A stretch of 64,000 nucleotides of DNA from Glaucostegus cemiculus (GCA_976551045.1 CDPCPM010000106.1:22444001-22508000), one strand, 5' to 3'; positions 49,023 to 62,977 are shown, numbered from the stretch's first letter. The notes: generated by a model from the sequence alone, not told the origin. Numbers and translations are program-made.

Positions 49023-50011
49023 GTAATGACTTTGCCTATGGCTTGACAATCGAAACGTTTAACACAGTGGCATTCTTCTAAGATTTAATATGACAGAATT
49101 TAATTAGGCATTCTCATTTAAGGCATCCAAATGTAGTCTGAAAGAGTTTCAATGCTGTCAATTTTGTAAGTGAAGGCATTTTATATATGCTGCGTTTCCT
49201 ATCTAAATTCAAGCTGAAATGCCATTCGAATAGACTTTGGTGCATTCTTTGTAATTCCCATTTACAGTCGGGAAGATGACTAAATGAAGGCAGTAAAGAG
49301 GATGGAGAGAGTGTGAAATTAAGACTCATCTATGGCAGAACACAGTCTTTTCCCCTTACTCCTTTGGTTAACAAAATTGTATCAATCTTGGATTTAAAAT
49401 TAACAGTTGACCTAGTGTCAATTGTGGAAGAGTGTTCCAAATTTCCAGCACCTTTTGTATGTGCAAAATGTTATCTTTCTTTACTCCTGAACGACCGGAC
49501 CTTTGCAGGGATAAAATAATGTAATTCTGGTTTATATCTACCACTTCTGGTGCTATTTCTTGAGCAGAATTCAAAACAACAGTTGCAAAGGTCTCAATGA
49601 AGCACTTGTAAGTAGTGCCAATTAATTTCTTCAATCCCTTTTATTCTGGTAACTTTCCAAGAAATCATCTTGTAATCATCCTGTTATTTCATAGCATAGT
49701 GTGCTTATTAGTATTTTACAAGTTGTATTGAGTTCCCATTCAAGATCCAAAGAACACAAGAACTCATCCATATAACAAGGTCAAAAGATTGTAAACTTAT
49801 ACCAAATCAATGCACAATGTTTTTTGGGTTGAAGTTGTGATGTGTAATATTAATCTGTTCATGCCTTTGTATGAAATGTGTCCCCTGTTTTACTTATAGT
49901 GGATAATGTGATCTTATTCAGCAGCATTAAGAAGTAATCTGCACTTTCTCTTAGGCATTTGAATATTTACATTTTCAGTGAGCTTGAAGTGCAAATTATA
50001 AAAGGTGAATA

Positions 50012-50545
50012 CCAAAAAAAATGCATATGTTGGAAATCTGAAACAAAAACAAAATGCTGGAAAATCTCAGCAGGTCAGGCAGCATCTGCGGAAGGCAAAA
50101 ATAGCCAATGTTTTGGGCCTGCAACCCTCTATCAGGATTCTGACAAAGTCAATTCTATAAATGCTGCTGACTGGACAAGTTTTTCCAGCGTTTTCTGTTT
50201 TCCTATACATCTTTTCTATACATTAGAATTTTGTACAGAAAAACTCCAATTCATGATACTAAAATAAAAACAGAAAATGCTGGAGACACTCAGCAAGTCA
50301 GGCTGCATCCAGGGAGGAGGGAGTGGAATTAATGTTTCAAGTTTTTATTTTAGATTTCCAGCATCTGCAGTGTTTTGATTTTCTTTCCTGATACCAATTA
50401 ATTACAGAAAATGCAACAAAAAATTGCAGATGCTGGAAAAGTAAAGTCAAAACAGAAAATGCAAGAGACACTCAGAAAGTAAGGCAGCTTCTATGGCAAG
50501 AGAAGCAGAGTTAATATTCTGGCAAAGGTTCTCCAACCTGAAATT
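50012..50545. repeat. Cluster of three partial fold-back elements of the palindromic family
   Basis: The motif aaaatgctgga..actcagca..tcaggcagcatct recurs near 50050, 50275 and 50460, with partial reverse-complement arms (tttccagcatctgcag; ttttccagcgttttctgtttt). Confidence 0.78.
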
Positions 50546-50751
50546 GGTCAGTTACATATGTTTACCAATGCGCTCTGCTCTAAATAAACTACACAGTCTT
50601 TTCACAAAGTGCGCATATGCATATGATCCTTTCTGCAATAAATATTAAAATAAACAAGGTAAAGCCTTGAATGGGGGAACTATTTGCTGATTACGCTAAA
50701 AGTAGTAACATTTTAGCTGCCAAAAATTCACAACAATTCCTCTTCTTTTAG

Positions 50752-50922
50752 GACCTATATGGGGAGTTCCATGCTAATGAGGAGACATACAAGAATTTGC
50801 ACGATAAAGGTCGCCTGTTGCTGAGCAGCCGTGATGATGCTACAGGATCCAATGTTGAACAATGTGTGACGTTGTTAGAACAGAAGTGGCAATTGATGAG
50901 CACAAAGATGGAGGAAAGAAAG
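50752..50922 (+). CDS. MACF1: MACF1 exon (DLYGEFHANEE...KMEERK), phase 0-0
   Basis: ttcttttag| and |gtaaga, 171 nt. Confidence 0.94.
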
Positions 50923-51108
50923 GTAAGAGAACCAGCAACATGAGCAATGTCAGAATTTTTTTCTAACAAAAAATGGAAGATTCTATAGTTCCAACCTGGA
51001 GTCTGAAGTCTTTGCAATAAAGAAAGAAAGTCTGTTCACTATTTGTATTTATTGTTTCTCTGTAATCCTCATGGGTTTTACTGAACTTGTCCTGTTTTTC
51101 CTGTTCAG

Positions 51109-51264
51109 ACCAAGCTGGAAGAGGCTCTCAATCTCGCAACGGAATTTCAGAATTCTTTACAAGATTTCATTAACTGGCTTACACAGGCAGAGCAGAGCCT
51201 GAACATCGCAGCTCCTCCTAGTCTTATACTCGATACAGTCCTTTTCCAGATAGATGAACACAAG
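51109..51264 (+). CDS. MACF1: MACF1 exon ([18 protein letters not shown]...QIDEHK), phase 0-0
   Basis: cctgttcag| and |gtatta, 156 nt. Confidence 0.96.
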
Positions 51265-52339
51265 GTATTAAAGCTCTGCACCTGATTTTGTGTGAAGGTA
51301 GCTTATGCTGACAAATAGACCTGTGGAGTGCGAGGACGGTTAAAGGAATTACCTCACTTAAGGAATTAAGGGATAGCGCAACTTGTTCATCTCAATTCTT
51401 TGGATGGGAATGTGGTGGCTGCACTAATACTAGGGACTGTTACTGACTTAATAATGCAGATGAGAATATTGTGAGTATTAAAGGGGTGACACGTTGGTGT
51501 AAGGATGATGATGACTTGATTGCCTTGAAAATGGGGATGAGAATGAGTTGGCAGTCTGGAAGCAGGTGACTGCATTGATACAGGGAATAGGGGTGGAGCA
51601 ATACCTGGATAAGGAGTCTGGGGTGCCTGCTCAAAACCAGGCTTCGTCATGGAATAATTCCTCATGTCAGAAGTGGGTGTGTGGTAATGTTTCAATGCTG
51701 GGGATCAGTGCTGTGTGACTCGTCGGTGTTGGGAATGAATACATCGTTTATTCAAAGTTAAGGGTACTGACAGAGGTGACAGCCTCCCCTGGAAATTGGG
51801 TGACTCCTTGATAGTAGGTACAGCACTGGAATGACCACCTTCCCCAGCAAGTCTGGAAGATTGTAGCAATTCAGAACACTAAAGGTAGATTGACAATCAG
51901 AAAATATGTAATTTCATCATGGCCTTCCAAGATGTCTTAGTAGTTAGTAAAAAAAAAGATGATGACTAATATAGGCAAGTATATATAAACACATACACAC
52001 TTTGGAATTTTTGTGAAGAACTTCACTTACATTTAAAAATATAATTCTTTCATAAAAATAACATCTATTAAGCAAAGTCCTGGCCAAGAAAAACTTGATT
52101 CTTTAATTTCAATCTCAGCTGTATATTCTGAAAACAATGAGAATAAAATGCAATGATGTCTTTTCCACAGTGAGAAACCTGCAAATGTTACACAGCGATA
52201 CTGATGGATCACATGCAGAGTGCCTCTTATCTAAGCTGTAATGAGGCCCTGAGAATGGAATGAACAAAAGGGCAAAGCTGTAGAGATTTGTTTTAATTTA
52301 TCAGTTCTTGTTTAGCTAATACCTGCTACTATTTTCCAG

Positions 52340-52546
52340 ATTTTTGCCAACGAAGTAAATTCTCATCGGGATCAAATCATTGACCTGGATAAAACTGGAA
52401 ATCAGCTAAAGTTTCTCAGCCAGAAGCAGGATGTGGTCCTAATAAAGAATCTTCTGTTCAGTGTGCAATCACGCTGGGAGAAAGTGGTACAACGCTCTGT
52501 TGAGAGAGGAAGGGCACTTGATGAGGCCAGGAAGCGTGCAAAGCAG
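52340..52546 (+). CDS. MACF1: MACF1 exon ([14 protein letters not shown]...ARKRAKQ), phase 0-0
   Basis: attttccag| and |gtatac, 207 nt, contains [17 protein letters not shown]. Confidence 0.96.
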
Positions 52547-53103
52547 GTATACAAAATCAAAGTTAATATCAAAGAGACTGAATTTTTACTTTGACATTTA
52601 CCAAAAGTACACCTGGGGAGATTTGTTGGTTAACTATTTAAAGACAAAGACAGAGGAGTTAACGTTTATATGTAATCAATGCATACAAGCAGATACAGCA
52701 ATGACTGCCTTGTTTGCTAAATTCAATGTGGTCAGACACTGTGGAGGACGATGCACGACAATATGTAACGTTGGGCCATAGCTGCAAAATGGGGTAGTGT
52801 GAAAGTAAATTTTGGCTGCACTAGTCTTTGTACTGGTTAAGATTTGTAAAACTGATAAGATGTTAAGCTGGTCTTGAGAAATTGTTCTTCACTTCCACTG
52901 GTGTAGTAGGTTGCTCCACAGAGGGTTCTAAGATGAGAAATGGACAGCAGGTGGATTCAATATGTTGTCTGTAGAGGTGGGTCATGTACAGAATGAATGT
53001 TTTCAATCAGTTTGCAGGTCTCTAACTGGTGGCCTATATCTGGGGAGTAATGTTAGCAATTAAGACAGCTGAGGTAGAAGAGCTGAATAGAAAAAGTTAC
53101 TGC

Positions 53104-53165
53104 AATCATAGAACCATAGAACAATACAGCACAAAACAGGCCCTTTGGCCCACCAAGCTGTGCCA
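53104..53165 (-). mobile_element. Very short HER1/CR1-type 3' tail insertion
   Basis: aatcatagaaccatagaacaatacagcacaaaacaggccctttggcccac matches the tail of the 33475 copy. Confidence 0.7.
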
Positions 53166-54519
53166 TCCATCATCTGGGCATTCATGGGAAATCACGATAA
53201 CCAGTGCTACCAGATGCCTGATATTTCACTACTTAGTTTGAAAAGGCAAGGGGTGAAGATCTGAAATGTTTTTGCCTTGACTCCCCACATTGACTCAGAC
53301 TAGCTCAGTATTCTCCAAAATCCTAATGTGCTCACAGCTCTGGGACAATGAAGCTCTCTGGTTTCATTTAAGCTACCCACGTAATAGAACATTTAAAAAA
53401 TGTTTTGGTAAGCTTTGGAATAATTTTTAAAAGCAATTTGGTAGGCATTGAAAGATCCACAGATAATTTTTCTTTTTGTATCATGTTTACTATTTGAATC
53501 TATTTAATTTTAAGTCTCAGTATTTCTCCCATTATCTTTACATTGTGCTTATTCAGCCCAACACTGTTTAATTATTATGTTGTCATAAGCGTAAGTTCAG
53601 ATCCAGAGTGTGACTTGTCACTTTACTGCACTATTCAAAAACACTACATCAAATACGGAGAGAATTTGGAACATCAAATTGGTTGGAATTAATCCATATA
53701 TTCCACAGGCAGAAACAAATGATCTCATCTGTGCGTCTACAAGGTTAACATAACAAAACATTTGAAACTTTGTTAGTTTAGTAATTCTATAAAGTGTTTT
53801 TAATGGTTTCTTGAAAGCAGTGTAATTCACTTAAATATTTTATTCATGTTCTTTTAGACCATTTCACAATTTTGTGGTTGAAATAGAAATGTTTTCTTTC
53901 CATCTCTCGGCTAAAATCTTTATTTAATTTCTTTGGGTTGTGGACAATATTTTCAGTCATGATCAACAGTTTTTTGTTCCAGTATAACTTCATTGGTTTC
54001 TCAGCAACTCTTCCAAACTAGGAAGAAGCAAAAGCGGTCATTTTCAAAAAATGTTGTTGTGGCCCCCAATATAATATACTCTAAGAATAGCTCTCATTCA
54101 AAGTAGAAACCACAATTAAACAGAATTGTGTTTGAATATGTAGAATTATAATAGAGGAAAACATATGATAATAATGTCGTGACTAGAAATTGGTCTGAAG
54201 GTGTTCAAGAGAATCAGAGTTTCTTGGAAGCAGTGAACTTTTGTTCATGTGTTACAATGCACTGGATTCAGTATAGATGCTGTGAACGGCATCTGACGGG
54301 GTTAGAGTGCTTCTTTGTACTGAGGTCCATTTATTTTGGTTAATTATCACTTTTGTGTTACATGTATAATGTAATTCATACATTGAATGTACCTACCTGT
54401 AGATTCAAAATATATCTGCATCTAACCCCATCAATTAGGTACGTTGATACCCACTTCAGATGCAGTTCACAATGACTGTTCCCCATCCAGTATCCCAGCC
54501 TTCCACATTCCTTTTGTTT

Positions 54520-54990
54520 CGGTTTTATTCATTTTGAGGATTTTGCCATCACTGGCAAGGCCAGCAATTACTGCCCATCCTAAATAGTCCTCAAGAAAGT
54601 GGTGGTGAGCTGCCACCTTGAACTGCAGCAGTCTTTTGGTGTAGGTACTCTGAGTGAATTTCAGGACTTGGACCCAGTGACAATAAAGGATCAGAGATGC
54701 GTTTCCAAAACAGAATGGCGTGCAACTTGGAGGAGACCTTTCAGATGGTGGTGTTCACATGTAACTGGTGCCCTCATCTCTTTTAGTGGCAGAGGTCGTG
54801 GGTTTGGAAATTGCTGTCAGAGTAGCCTGGGCGAGTAACTGCACTTCACATTGTATATGGTGCACATTGCAGACACTGTGCGTCAGTGGGAGACGGAGTG
54901 AATGCTGATGGAGTGCCAAGCATGCAGGCTGCTTTGTCTTGGATAATATCAATATTCGTGAGACTCTTGGCACTGCACTCATCCAGGCAA
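54520..54990 (-). mobile_element. 3' end of a CR1/L2-clade LINE (family of 60640-62225)
   Basis: ggcaaggccagcaattactgcccatcc and ttgaactgcagcagtc are reverse complements of motifs near 62125-62205. ORF remnant DIIQDKAACMLGTP. Confidence 0.75.
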
Positions 54991-55384
54991 CTCTCCCAGT
55001 TTAGATCAGCACAATACTCTATTCGAAGTAGCACTCTTCTTTATCCCTGTGCATTTCAATTATGGCACGTTTCTCTCATCCATATCCTCTCTCGGATAAT
55101 GTAATTTTGTACCTCAGAATATAGTGTCTCCCAAGTCTTAATGTAAATTGCTTCCAGACCTGCATGCAACAAGGCTGAAACACTAACTAAGCAGTGCAAG
55201 GCATTATTTCATTGCAAAGCTTAGGAAGGAAGGCTTGACCTGCATTTATTTTTGTTAACAAATGCTTTTTCTACAATCCTAGCTTTTTGTATAATAGGTT
55301 GACAGTTGGATATATTTGAAAGCATTTCTCTCATCTATCCACTCTGTATTTTTGTCTGAAAATCGTGAAAAAATTATGTTAACA

Positions 55385-55710
55385 GAAGCTCTATATCCTT
55401 TTATGCCCTGCCTATTCAACTGCCTGTCTAAATGCCTCTTAACCATAGTGATTGTATCTGTTTCCACCACCTCCCTTGGCAGTGTGTCCCAGATATCAAC
55501 CACTCTATGTTTTTAAAAGAAAACTTTCACCTCGGATCCCTTTAAAAGCTCCTTCCTCTCACCTTAAACCTATGATCTCTTGCTTTTGATACGCCTATCA
55601 TGTGAAAAAGATTCTATCTACCCTCTCTTACAATTTTATACACCTCTGTCAGTTCAATCCTTGGCCTCCTTCACTCAAGGAAAGCAAACCCAGCCTTTCC
55701 ACTCTCTCCA
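55385..55710 (-). mobile_element. CR1/HER1-like 3' fragment
   Basis: ORF remnant VDIWDTLPREVVETDTITMVKRHLDRQLNRQGI; ctctcaccttaaacctatg. Confidence 0.8.
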
Positions 55711-56419
55711 CTTTTGCTAGTTTTAAGGAGTTGGAGCTGACCTGGGAATTCCTGGAAACTTTGCAAGCCTATGGCCAGGACAGCAAGTGTGGTGAGCAGG
55801 GTGAGGAGACAGAAGTAGACCAGCAAAGCAACCTGTGTGTTAACCCTTACTAACTTCCCATATTGTCTCTCCTAAACAGAGAGAAGACTTCATTACTCCA
55901 ATCAGTAGCACTCCATGTGCTCTCAGAAATATTCCTGACAAGTTTTCCTCCCTCCCTCTGTTACCATGGTGAAGACAGGAAAAGATTGTTTTCCAGAATG
56001 CTAGAATCTGTATTCCACAATCATAAAGTTATGATTTCAGTGTGGAGTCCTTGCGTAAAACAACTTGTTTGTAGTTTATTTTGTTAACACTTAATGGTTT
56101 GGAATATTACCGTGATTTTCAAACACTGAAGCACTGAAGATAATTCATTTGAGTATATTTATATTTCTTTACTCAATCTGAACTGAAAATAGCAAATAAG
56201 TGCAAAAGTTAAGGAATTTTTCACCAGGTTTATCCTGCCTTTAGTTTTTGAAATATTTACTAAGTCCGTCCATGAGATGGGACTGTCAACCCATTTTAAT
56301 GGTGCAAGTATTTTAGTGATGATGCAATTAAGTGGGTCCTATTGCAAATTCTCACCTGAAATGTACATCTGATTTTGATCCAAGTGAGTTTAGTTCAGAA
56401 TATTTTGTTTTAACTTCAG

Positions 56420-56539
56420 TTCTATGAAGCCTGGAAAAAGTTAATCGATTGGCTGGAGGAAGCAGAAAACAATCTGGATACTGACCTTGAAATCTCCAAT
56501 GACCCAGATAAAATCAAACTGCAGCTTACAAAGCACAAG
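56420..56539 (+). CDS. MACF1: MACF1 exon ([14 protein letters not shown]...LQLTKHK), phase 0-0
   Basis: aacttcag| and |gtaaga, 120 nt. Confidence 0.96.
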
Positions 56540-57074
56540 GTAAGAAATCTGTTGTTCCATAAAATCAGATTGAATTTGTTCAACCTCCTTCAGTACTCCC
56601 ACCTCTGTTGAGAAGGATGATTTATTTTATTGGTGTCCTTTCCCATAGGCAGCTTCAGCTCATGAATGCCGTTTTATCTTGTCTAATCTGAGGCAAGGGC
56701 TTCTGCATCATAGGGACCAGAATCCAATCCTGCAGTTTGATGTCCAAACATTCCCACTTTGGATGAGTCGCTGACTAACAAGGAGATGCAGTTAGCTAAT
56801 TTAATTTTTTTTGGCATTTACTAAGAATGTAGAGGTCCTTTTGACATTATGAACTTGGTTCCATTTGTGATTGTCTAATTGAGCTCATATGAAAGAGTCT
56901 CTTGGTTTTGTGTGTTTTGATACCACAGCAACCAATAAGTGGACTTGAAAACAACCAATGCAGAAACCTCGTATCAACTTGAATAACAAAAGCAAAATTT
57001 GTAAAGGGAGCAGAAGAGAAGAGCATCTTTTATGTATTGATACCTACCAACATCATCTCAGGCAAAGCCTCAGA

Positions 57075-57720
57075 ATACAGGATGACTTGCCTCTGCTTGG
57101 GTTTTGTGGGTCCTGATGTGACTGATAAAGCCATTATGGAGCACTATGGGCTCTTCCACAAATTGTGCAGAGGGTGTCTACAGAGGTGGATGGGTGGATA
57201 GTTCGTGAGGTTGTTTTTCCTTCTGTCATTTACATGGGGCTCCAGACTCTCAGTACCATCTCAAATGCTCCTTCTCTGCTTTGAACAGTCATGGAGAGTT
57301 GCTGGGATATGACTTTTTCTCAAGGAGGCTTTGAACACATCCTTGAATCTTTTTCTCTTTCTCCCTGGTATTTCTTCCTAAGATGGAGCTTGGTATCAAG
57401 TGTCTATTCTGTCAGTCTAATGTCAGGGTTACAGTTGACCCGGCTATTCAGTGGAGCCATCTGAATGTATGTCGAGGTTCAGTGCTGGGAAGGTTGGCCA
57501 AAGAGAGGACACGAACACTTGTTTGTTCATCATTCTGGTGAATTCGGAGGATTTTGCAGAGGCTGCATTGATGGTATCTTTCCATTGTCTTGAGGTGCCT
57601 GCTGAAGGTAATCCAGGTGCCAGCTGTCAATGCTGGTCTCTGGTGAAAGAGAAAGAAATGTGACCAATCTTGCATAACAGTGAATGGCAAATTGCTAGAT
57701 GTATAAAGTGTCATTACCTT
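57075..57720 (-). mobile_element. RTE-clade (BovB-like) LINE 3' fragment, decayed
   Basis: ORF 57448-57735 has TWITFSRHLKTMERYHQCSLCKILRI..SVRVLSLANLPS..RW, resembling the RTE C-terminal pattern TW..Y.RH...LE..HQRCLRKIL.I.W. Confidence 0.75.
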
Positions 57721-58910
57721 CGTTACCCAGACCATACAACCATGCAGAACTTTCCTTGCTCTATGTTTACAATTGTGACATTAGCAGGTGATGGGTTTCA
57801 GTAAGAATCTCACTGTTGAAGTGCAGACATCTTGCCCATTGTTCCTTGCTGAGCATCTTCCCTGGACAAGTAGTGATTCTGTGAAAACCCACCCAACTGC
57901 TTCTCTATTATTATCTGAACTGCTTGAACACTGTACCTTCTGCTCATTTCTGGTTTTGCTTTTATCCGATGAGCATGCAAACTTTTGCACCAATTTCTGT
58001 GAACGTTTTGTTTTTTCAGAAGCCTTTAAATGAGCTAATGTAAGGACTTCTCACACTGCTCCCTACAGACATTAGCAACATGAAGATCCTATGTAAAGCA
58101 CCAAACTCTATGAATCATAACACAAGTTAAAAGAAATCAACCAAAAGGCAAACTATAAGTCATAGAAGTTCCCTTTTAAATATCACTAGTGGGTGGGTCT
58201 TTGCTGCTGAATGCCTGCTGAACTGTGTGAGATTGAGAGAACATTGGGTGCAGAGCTGACTTCAAAATGACAGCACTGGAGTCGATCATCGTTACATGCT
58301 GAACAACATCATGATCTGCCAACAACATGTACTTCCTGAAGACATTCAATCTGTGCATTTTAATGCGCTCAACAAAAAGGGTTCAGCACAATTAATCCCA
58401 CAAATGTGTACCCACCCAATAAAATGGTGGTATCAAATCCAATTTCTCATCAATAGAAAGACTTCTTCCAACCTGGGGTGGTTTCTTCAGAAATTAATCC
58501 AGGGAAAGAATTAAATTCTTCAAATGGCAGCTGCAACTGTAATTGAATCTATATAATACTTCTAATTGGAAAATCAATTCTGCTTGTAAAACTGTTGATT
58601 AAATACAGCTCTGTAAATGAGCAGTTTAAATGTTACCAAAGATGTGCAGACCTCGAATTATTATTGTTTTGAACCATTTCGATCATACAAATATAATTTT
58701 GTGAAACCAGTTACAAAATTTGTTGGCAAATTCTGTGGGCTAAGAAGTCCCAGTGGCAATTAAATGTTTAGGCATGAACTCAAAAATGTGAATGCTTTAA
58801 ATGACCAAACTAGTGATTGCCAGTATGAGATCTAATGTTTTACTCAGAGATGTACACTCTGTGCTCTTTTAAATCTAATGTTGCTGAGGTTTTCTTTCAA
58901 ATTAAACTAG

Positions 58911-59080
58911 GATTTCCAAAAAACGCTGGGTGGGAAACAGCCAGTGTATGACACCACAATCCGAATGGGTCGCTCGATGAAAGATAAGGCTTCACATGCA
59001 GATGATCGTCAGAAATTGGATAACCTCCTTGGGGAAGTGCGAGACAAGTGGGACACCGTCTGTGGCAAATCAGTAGAGAG
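58911..59080 (+). CDS. MACF1: MACF1 exon ([16 protein letters not shown]...CGKSVER), phase 0-2
   Basis: aaactag| and |gtgagg, 170 nt. Confidence 0.96.
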
Positions 59081-59499
59081 GTGAGGGAGGAAAAACTAAA
59101 GTCTTAACAATTACTAAAATCGAGTGAGGTTTTCTAGTTAAGGAAGTGATAAACTATTAGCTTACCATTTAGTAAGTTAACAGTTTATGATTGGCAATTG
59201 TTCAGTTAAAAAATTTTTATTTATCTATCATAATTAAGCTAGTTTTAAGACATTTTGTTAAATAGAATAATTGCAATAGAATTTATCATTATTTATTCAT
59301 ACTTATGGAGTCTTATTGCAGAGATGATGCATGATATCACATCAAAATACAAGTGAAAACATCGATGTTTTTATACCAGTTATATACTAACAATGTCTGC
59401 CTTGTTTGGCTGTGAGATATTGTTTCATAATTGTATGCTTAGTATTTAGGTGTAACTTCCCCAGATATCAAGGATTGTTTATTTCCTAATCCAATTTAG

Positions 59500-59659
59500 G
59501 CAGCACAAGTTGGAAGAGGCCCTTCTGTTTTCAGGGCAGTTCACTGATGCGCTCCAGGCATTAGTTGATTGGCTGTACAAGGTTGAGCCACAGTTAGCTG
59601 AAGATCAACCTGTCCATGGAGATCTCGATCTGGTGATGAACTTGATGGATGCCCACAAG
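59500..59659 (+). CDS. MACF1: MACF1 exon ([14 protein letters not shown]...LMDAHK), phase 2-0
   Basis: caatttag| and |gtagag, 160 nt. Confidence 0.96.
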
Positions 59660-59871
59660 GTAGAGTTTTATTGTTAAGGCATTGCATTCACTGTTGCACA
59701 AACTAACATGAACTTGCATTAACTACTAACTGGAAGTCCCTATATGGCTATTCATTTCTGAAAAAAAGTACATTTTTCCATTTGTGCTGAAAACTTTACA
59801 AGAAATAGTTTTTGAAAGTTTTACTTATTTATCGATTTTACACACAAACATTCCGGGTTTTTTTTCTGTAG

Positions 59872-60066
59872 GTTTTCCAGAAAGAACTTGGTAAGCGCAC
59901 AAGTAGTGTACAGGTCCTGAAACGGTCAGCTCGTGAACTGATTGAGAACAGCCATGATGATACAACCTGGGTGAAAGTTCAACTGCAGGAACTGAGTATA
60001 CGATGGGACACAGTGTGCAAACTCTCAGTGTCTAAACAGACGCGGCTTGAGCAGGCACTTAAGCAG
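59872..60066 (+). CDS. MACF1: MACF1 exon ([10 protein letters not shown]...LEQALKQ), phase 0-0
   Basis: tttctgtag| and |gtgaag, 195 nt. Confidence 0.96.
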
Positions 60067-60639
60067 GTGAAGATAATTTTTGGAATCCATTTTAACTTAA
60101 ACTTGGCCAAAAATAAAGGAATCCAATTATTGCTCTTGCTTCTAGTAAACTATGATGCACTGTCTCATGCAATGCTGATAGCTAATAATGTAGGCTATTA
60201 TCAGTAACGAAAATCATTTCACGGCTGCTGAGAGAAGTCTAGAGTAACGTGTACATTTTTTGTAATGCATTTCAACCTGTTTATCTGTTACTTAGTAGGT
60301 CAGTCAGATGCATGATGCATTACGTTGTCCATAATTTTCACTCCATGCTAACTTTGTATAAAGAAATTTTCTGCCAGTTCCACCATTCATTCAGATCTTG
60401 CTTGATCTGTACTTTAGTTCCAACAACATACATTTATTTAATTACTGTTAATGTCCCAAATTAACAAAAATCTGTTGATCTGAGTCTCAGAAATTTACAT
60501 TGACCCAGCATTTTGCAGACCTGTATGATAAGAAGTCCAAATTCTGCTATCTTCATTGAAATTAAATGCTTAATCCTGGGAGCCCCCACCCTCTCAGAAT
60601 CCAATATTTGGCTAACTCATTTCACTCCAAGAAACAGCT

Positions 60640-62225
60640 GAGAGCACTGGATGCAGCAAAAGCCGTGCGACAAGACAATAGCCCCATGCAGTGATGAAGA
60701 TTTCTGTTCCAGTACTGGCTGCACCTCTAGCCAAGCTGCCCAGTGCAGTTACAGCACTGGTATTTTGTCAGCCATGTGGAAAGCTTCTCAGATATGTTCT
60801 GATCACAAAACATGACAAATCCATTATGGCCAATTAACACCTGATCAGTCTGCTCTCAGTCATTAGTGAAGTCGTGGACAGTGGTGTCATGTGGCACTTA
60901 CTCACTAAACCATTGGGTTACAGCTCTAGACCTCATCACACCCAAGGTCAAAACAAGGACTAATGGGCTGAAATCTAGAGGTGAGGTGAAAGTGACTGTG
61001 TTTGACATTAAAGCAACATTTGAGAGAGTGTGGCATCAAGGAGCCATGTTAAAACTGAACTACACAATATAAGGTTTCATGAACTTGGTTTGTGGGCCCT
61101 TAAGGTATGAATAAGAACAAAATATCCAACCGTAAAATCAGAGCTTAGGCCATTTAGGGGGCATTTATTTTAATCATTTTCTTTATCTGGGTCAGCATTT
61201 ATTGCCCATCTGTAATTTACCTTTTGATGACAAAAGTGAGTCAGGAGGGGAAAAATAACTCCAGTGGCTGGAGTCAGGTTTTGCACCAAGAACGAAGCTT
61301 GTGGTTGTTGAAGGTCTCACTGCAGGAAGTGCAAGGTGGTGGCCATTGCCCAACCATCTCCATCTGCTTCATTAATGATCGACTTTTCATCGTAGGATCA
61401 GAAGTAGGAATATACGTTGATGATTGCACTATGTTCAATTCAATTCACAATTCTTCAGCATGCAACAGGACCTGGACAACGTTCAAGCATAGGCTGATAA
61501 CTGGCAAGTAACAGTCAGGCCAGAAAAATGTCAAGAGCAACCATCTCCAACAGGAGAGAATCTTAACTACCTACCCTTAACGTTAAGTGCCATTACCATT
61601 CCTGAACCCCACCATCAGCATCCTGGGAAGGGATACCTGGGTGGGCATCATTGACCATAAATTCAATTGGACCAACTTCATGTCATAATAGGATCAGACG
61701 GTGGATATCCTATGGAGGATGATTCACCCCTTGACATCCCAAGGTCTTTCCACCATCTACAAGCCATGAATCAGGAGGATGATGGAATACTCTCCACTTG
61801 CGTAAGTGAGTCAACCATGAACAAACATCCGGAAGCTTGGCAACATCCAGGACACAGCTTGACTGGCATCCTACCCAACACCCTAAACATTCATTCTCTC
61901 CACCACCAGCAATCAGTGACTGCAGTGTGTACCATTGACAAGATGCACAACAGTTGCTTGCTTGGGCTGTTCTGATAGCACCTCCCAAACCCACAGCCCG
62001 CACTACCAAGAAGTACAAGGGCTTCAGCCGCATCCTGACTTGGAACTATGCTGGATATCTTTGTTGCTGGGTTTACATACGGAACTCCTTCCCCAGCAGT
62101 ACTGTTGAAGTACTTTCACCAGAAGGACTGCAGCAGTTCAAGGCAGTGGCTCACTTTTGTCATTGAAAGGTAAATTAGAGATGGGCGATAAACGCTGGCC
62201 TTGCCAACAATGCCCAGATACAGAA
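60640..62225 (+). mobile_element. CR1/L2-clade LINE, decayed RT plus 3' end
   Basis: SRGEVKVTVFDIKATFERVWHQG and PTISICFIND..SEVGIYVDDCT (decayed YADD) motifs; tail agagatgggcgataaacgctggccttgcc. Confidence 0.85.
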
Positions 62226-62848
62226 AACTTCTTTAAAAATTTAAAAAATAGATGCTCTCTAAATGGCCCAGCTGTGATTCTTAGGGCTGGGTATTTTGTT
62301 CTTGTTCATATCTTAAAGGTCCACAAACCAAGCTTATGAAACCTGCCAGCAAATCTGCACCTTTTGAAATGTCAGCATAGCTGGTAATGTACCAATGACC
62401 ATTCTTCCTCCCTTCCATATTCCACTCACTTTTGAGATAAAGGGATTATTCCATTTTAGCCAATTTGATTAATTTCTATACATATGCATAATCTTTGGTA
62501 ATTTACATCCATCTACTGTGCCTACCATTAAGAAAGAATTTTGATTCCTTATTTAAATTGCTTGTTAAATGAAATTTGGATGAGATGATGGGCAGTACAA
62601 TAAGAAACTAGTATAAAAATCTTCAAATTCACTGTACTCTGCAGTAATGCAGAGCCTTCAATCCACAACCTTTCTTTCTACCACTCCAAAGTAAAGTGAA
62701 GGAAAAAGCAGAACTAATATTTGCTTTATGCATATTGAAGCTTTTAGGAAGATAACTTTGCTATTTTAGTGCAGTAATCTTTCCAATAATTCTACTTTGA
62801 TTGTCAGAAAATAACTGATGTGATGGTAACTGTTGAATTCTATCCCAG

Positions 62849-62977
62849 GCAGAGGAGTTCCGCAATGCCGTCCACGTGCTACTAGAGTGGCTTTCTGAGG
62901 CAGAGCAATCGCTTCGATTCCGGGGAGTTTTACCCGATGATGTAGAAGCTCTGCAGTCCTTGATTGATTTACACAAG
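62849..62977 (+). CDS. MACF1: MACF1 exon ([20 protein letters not shown]...LIDLHK), phase 0-0
   Basis: tatcccag| and |gtgggt, 129 nt. Confidence 0.96.
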
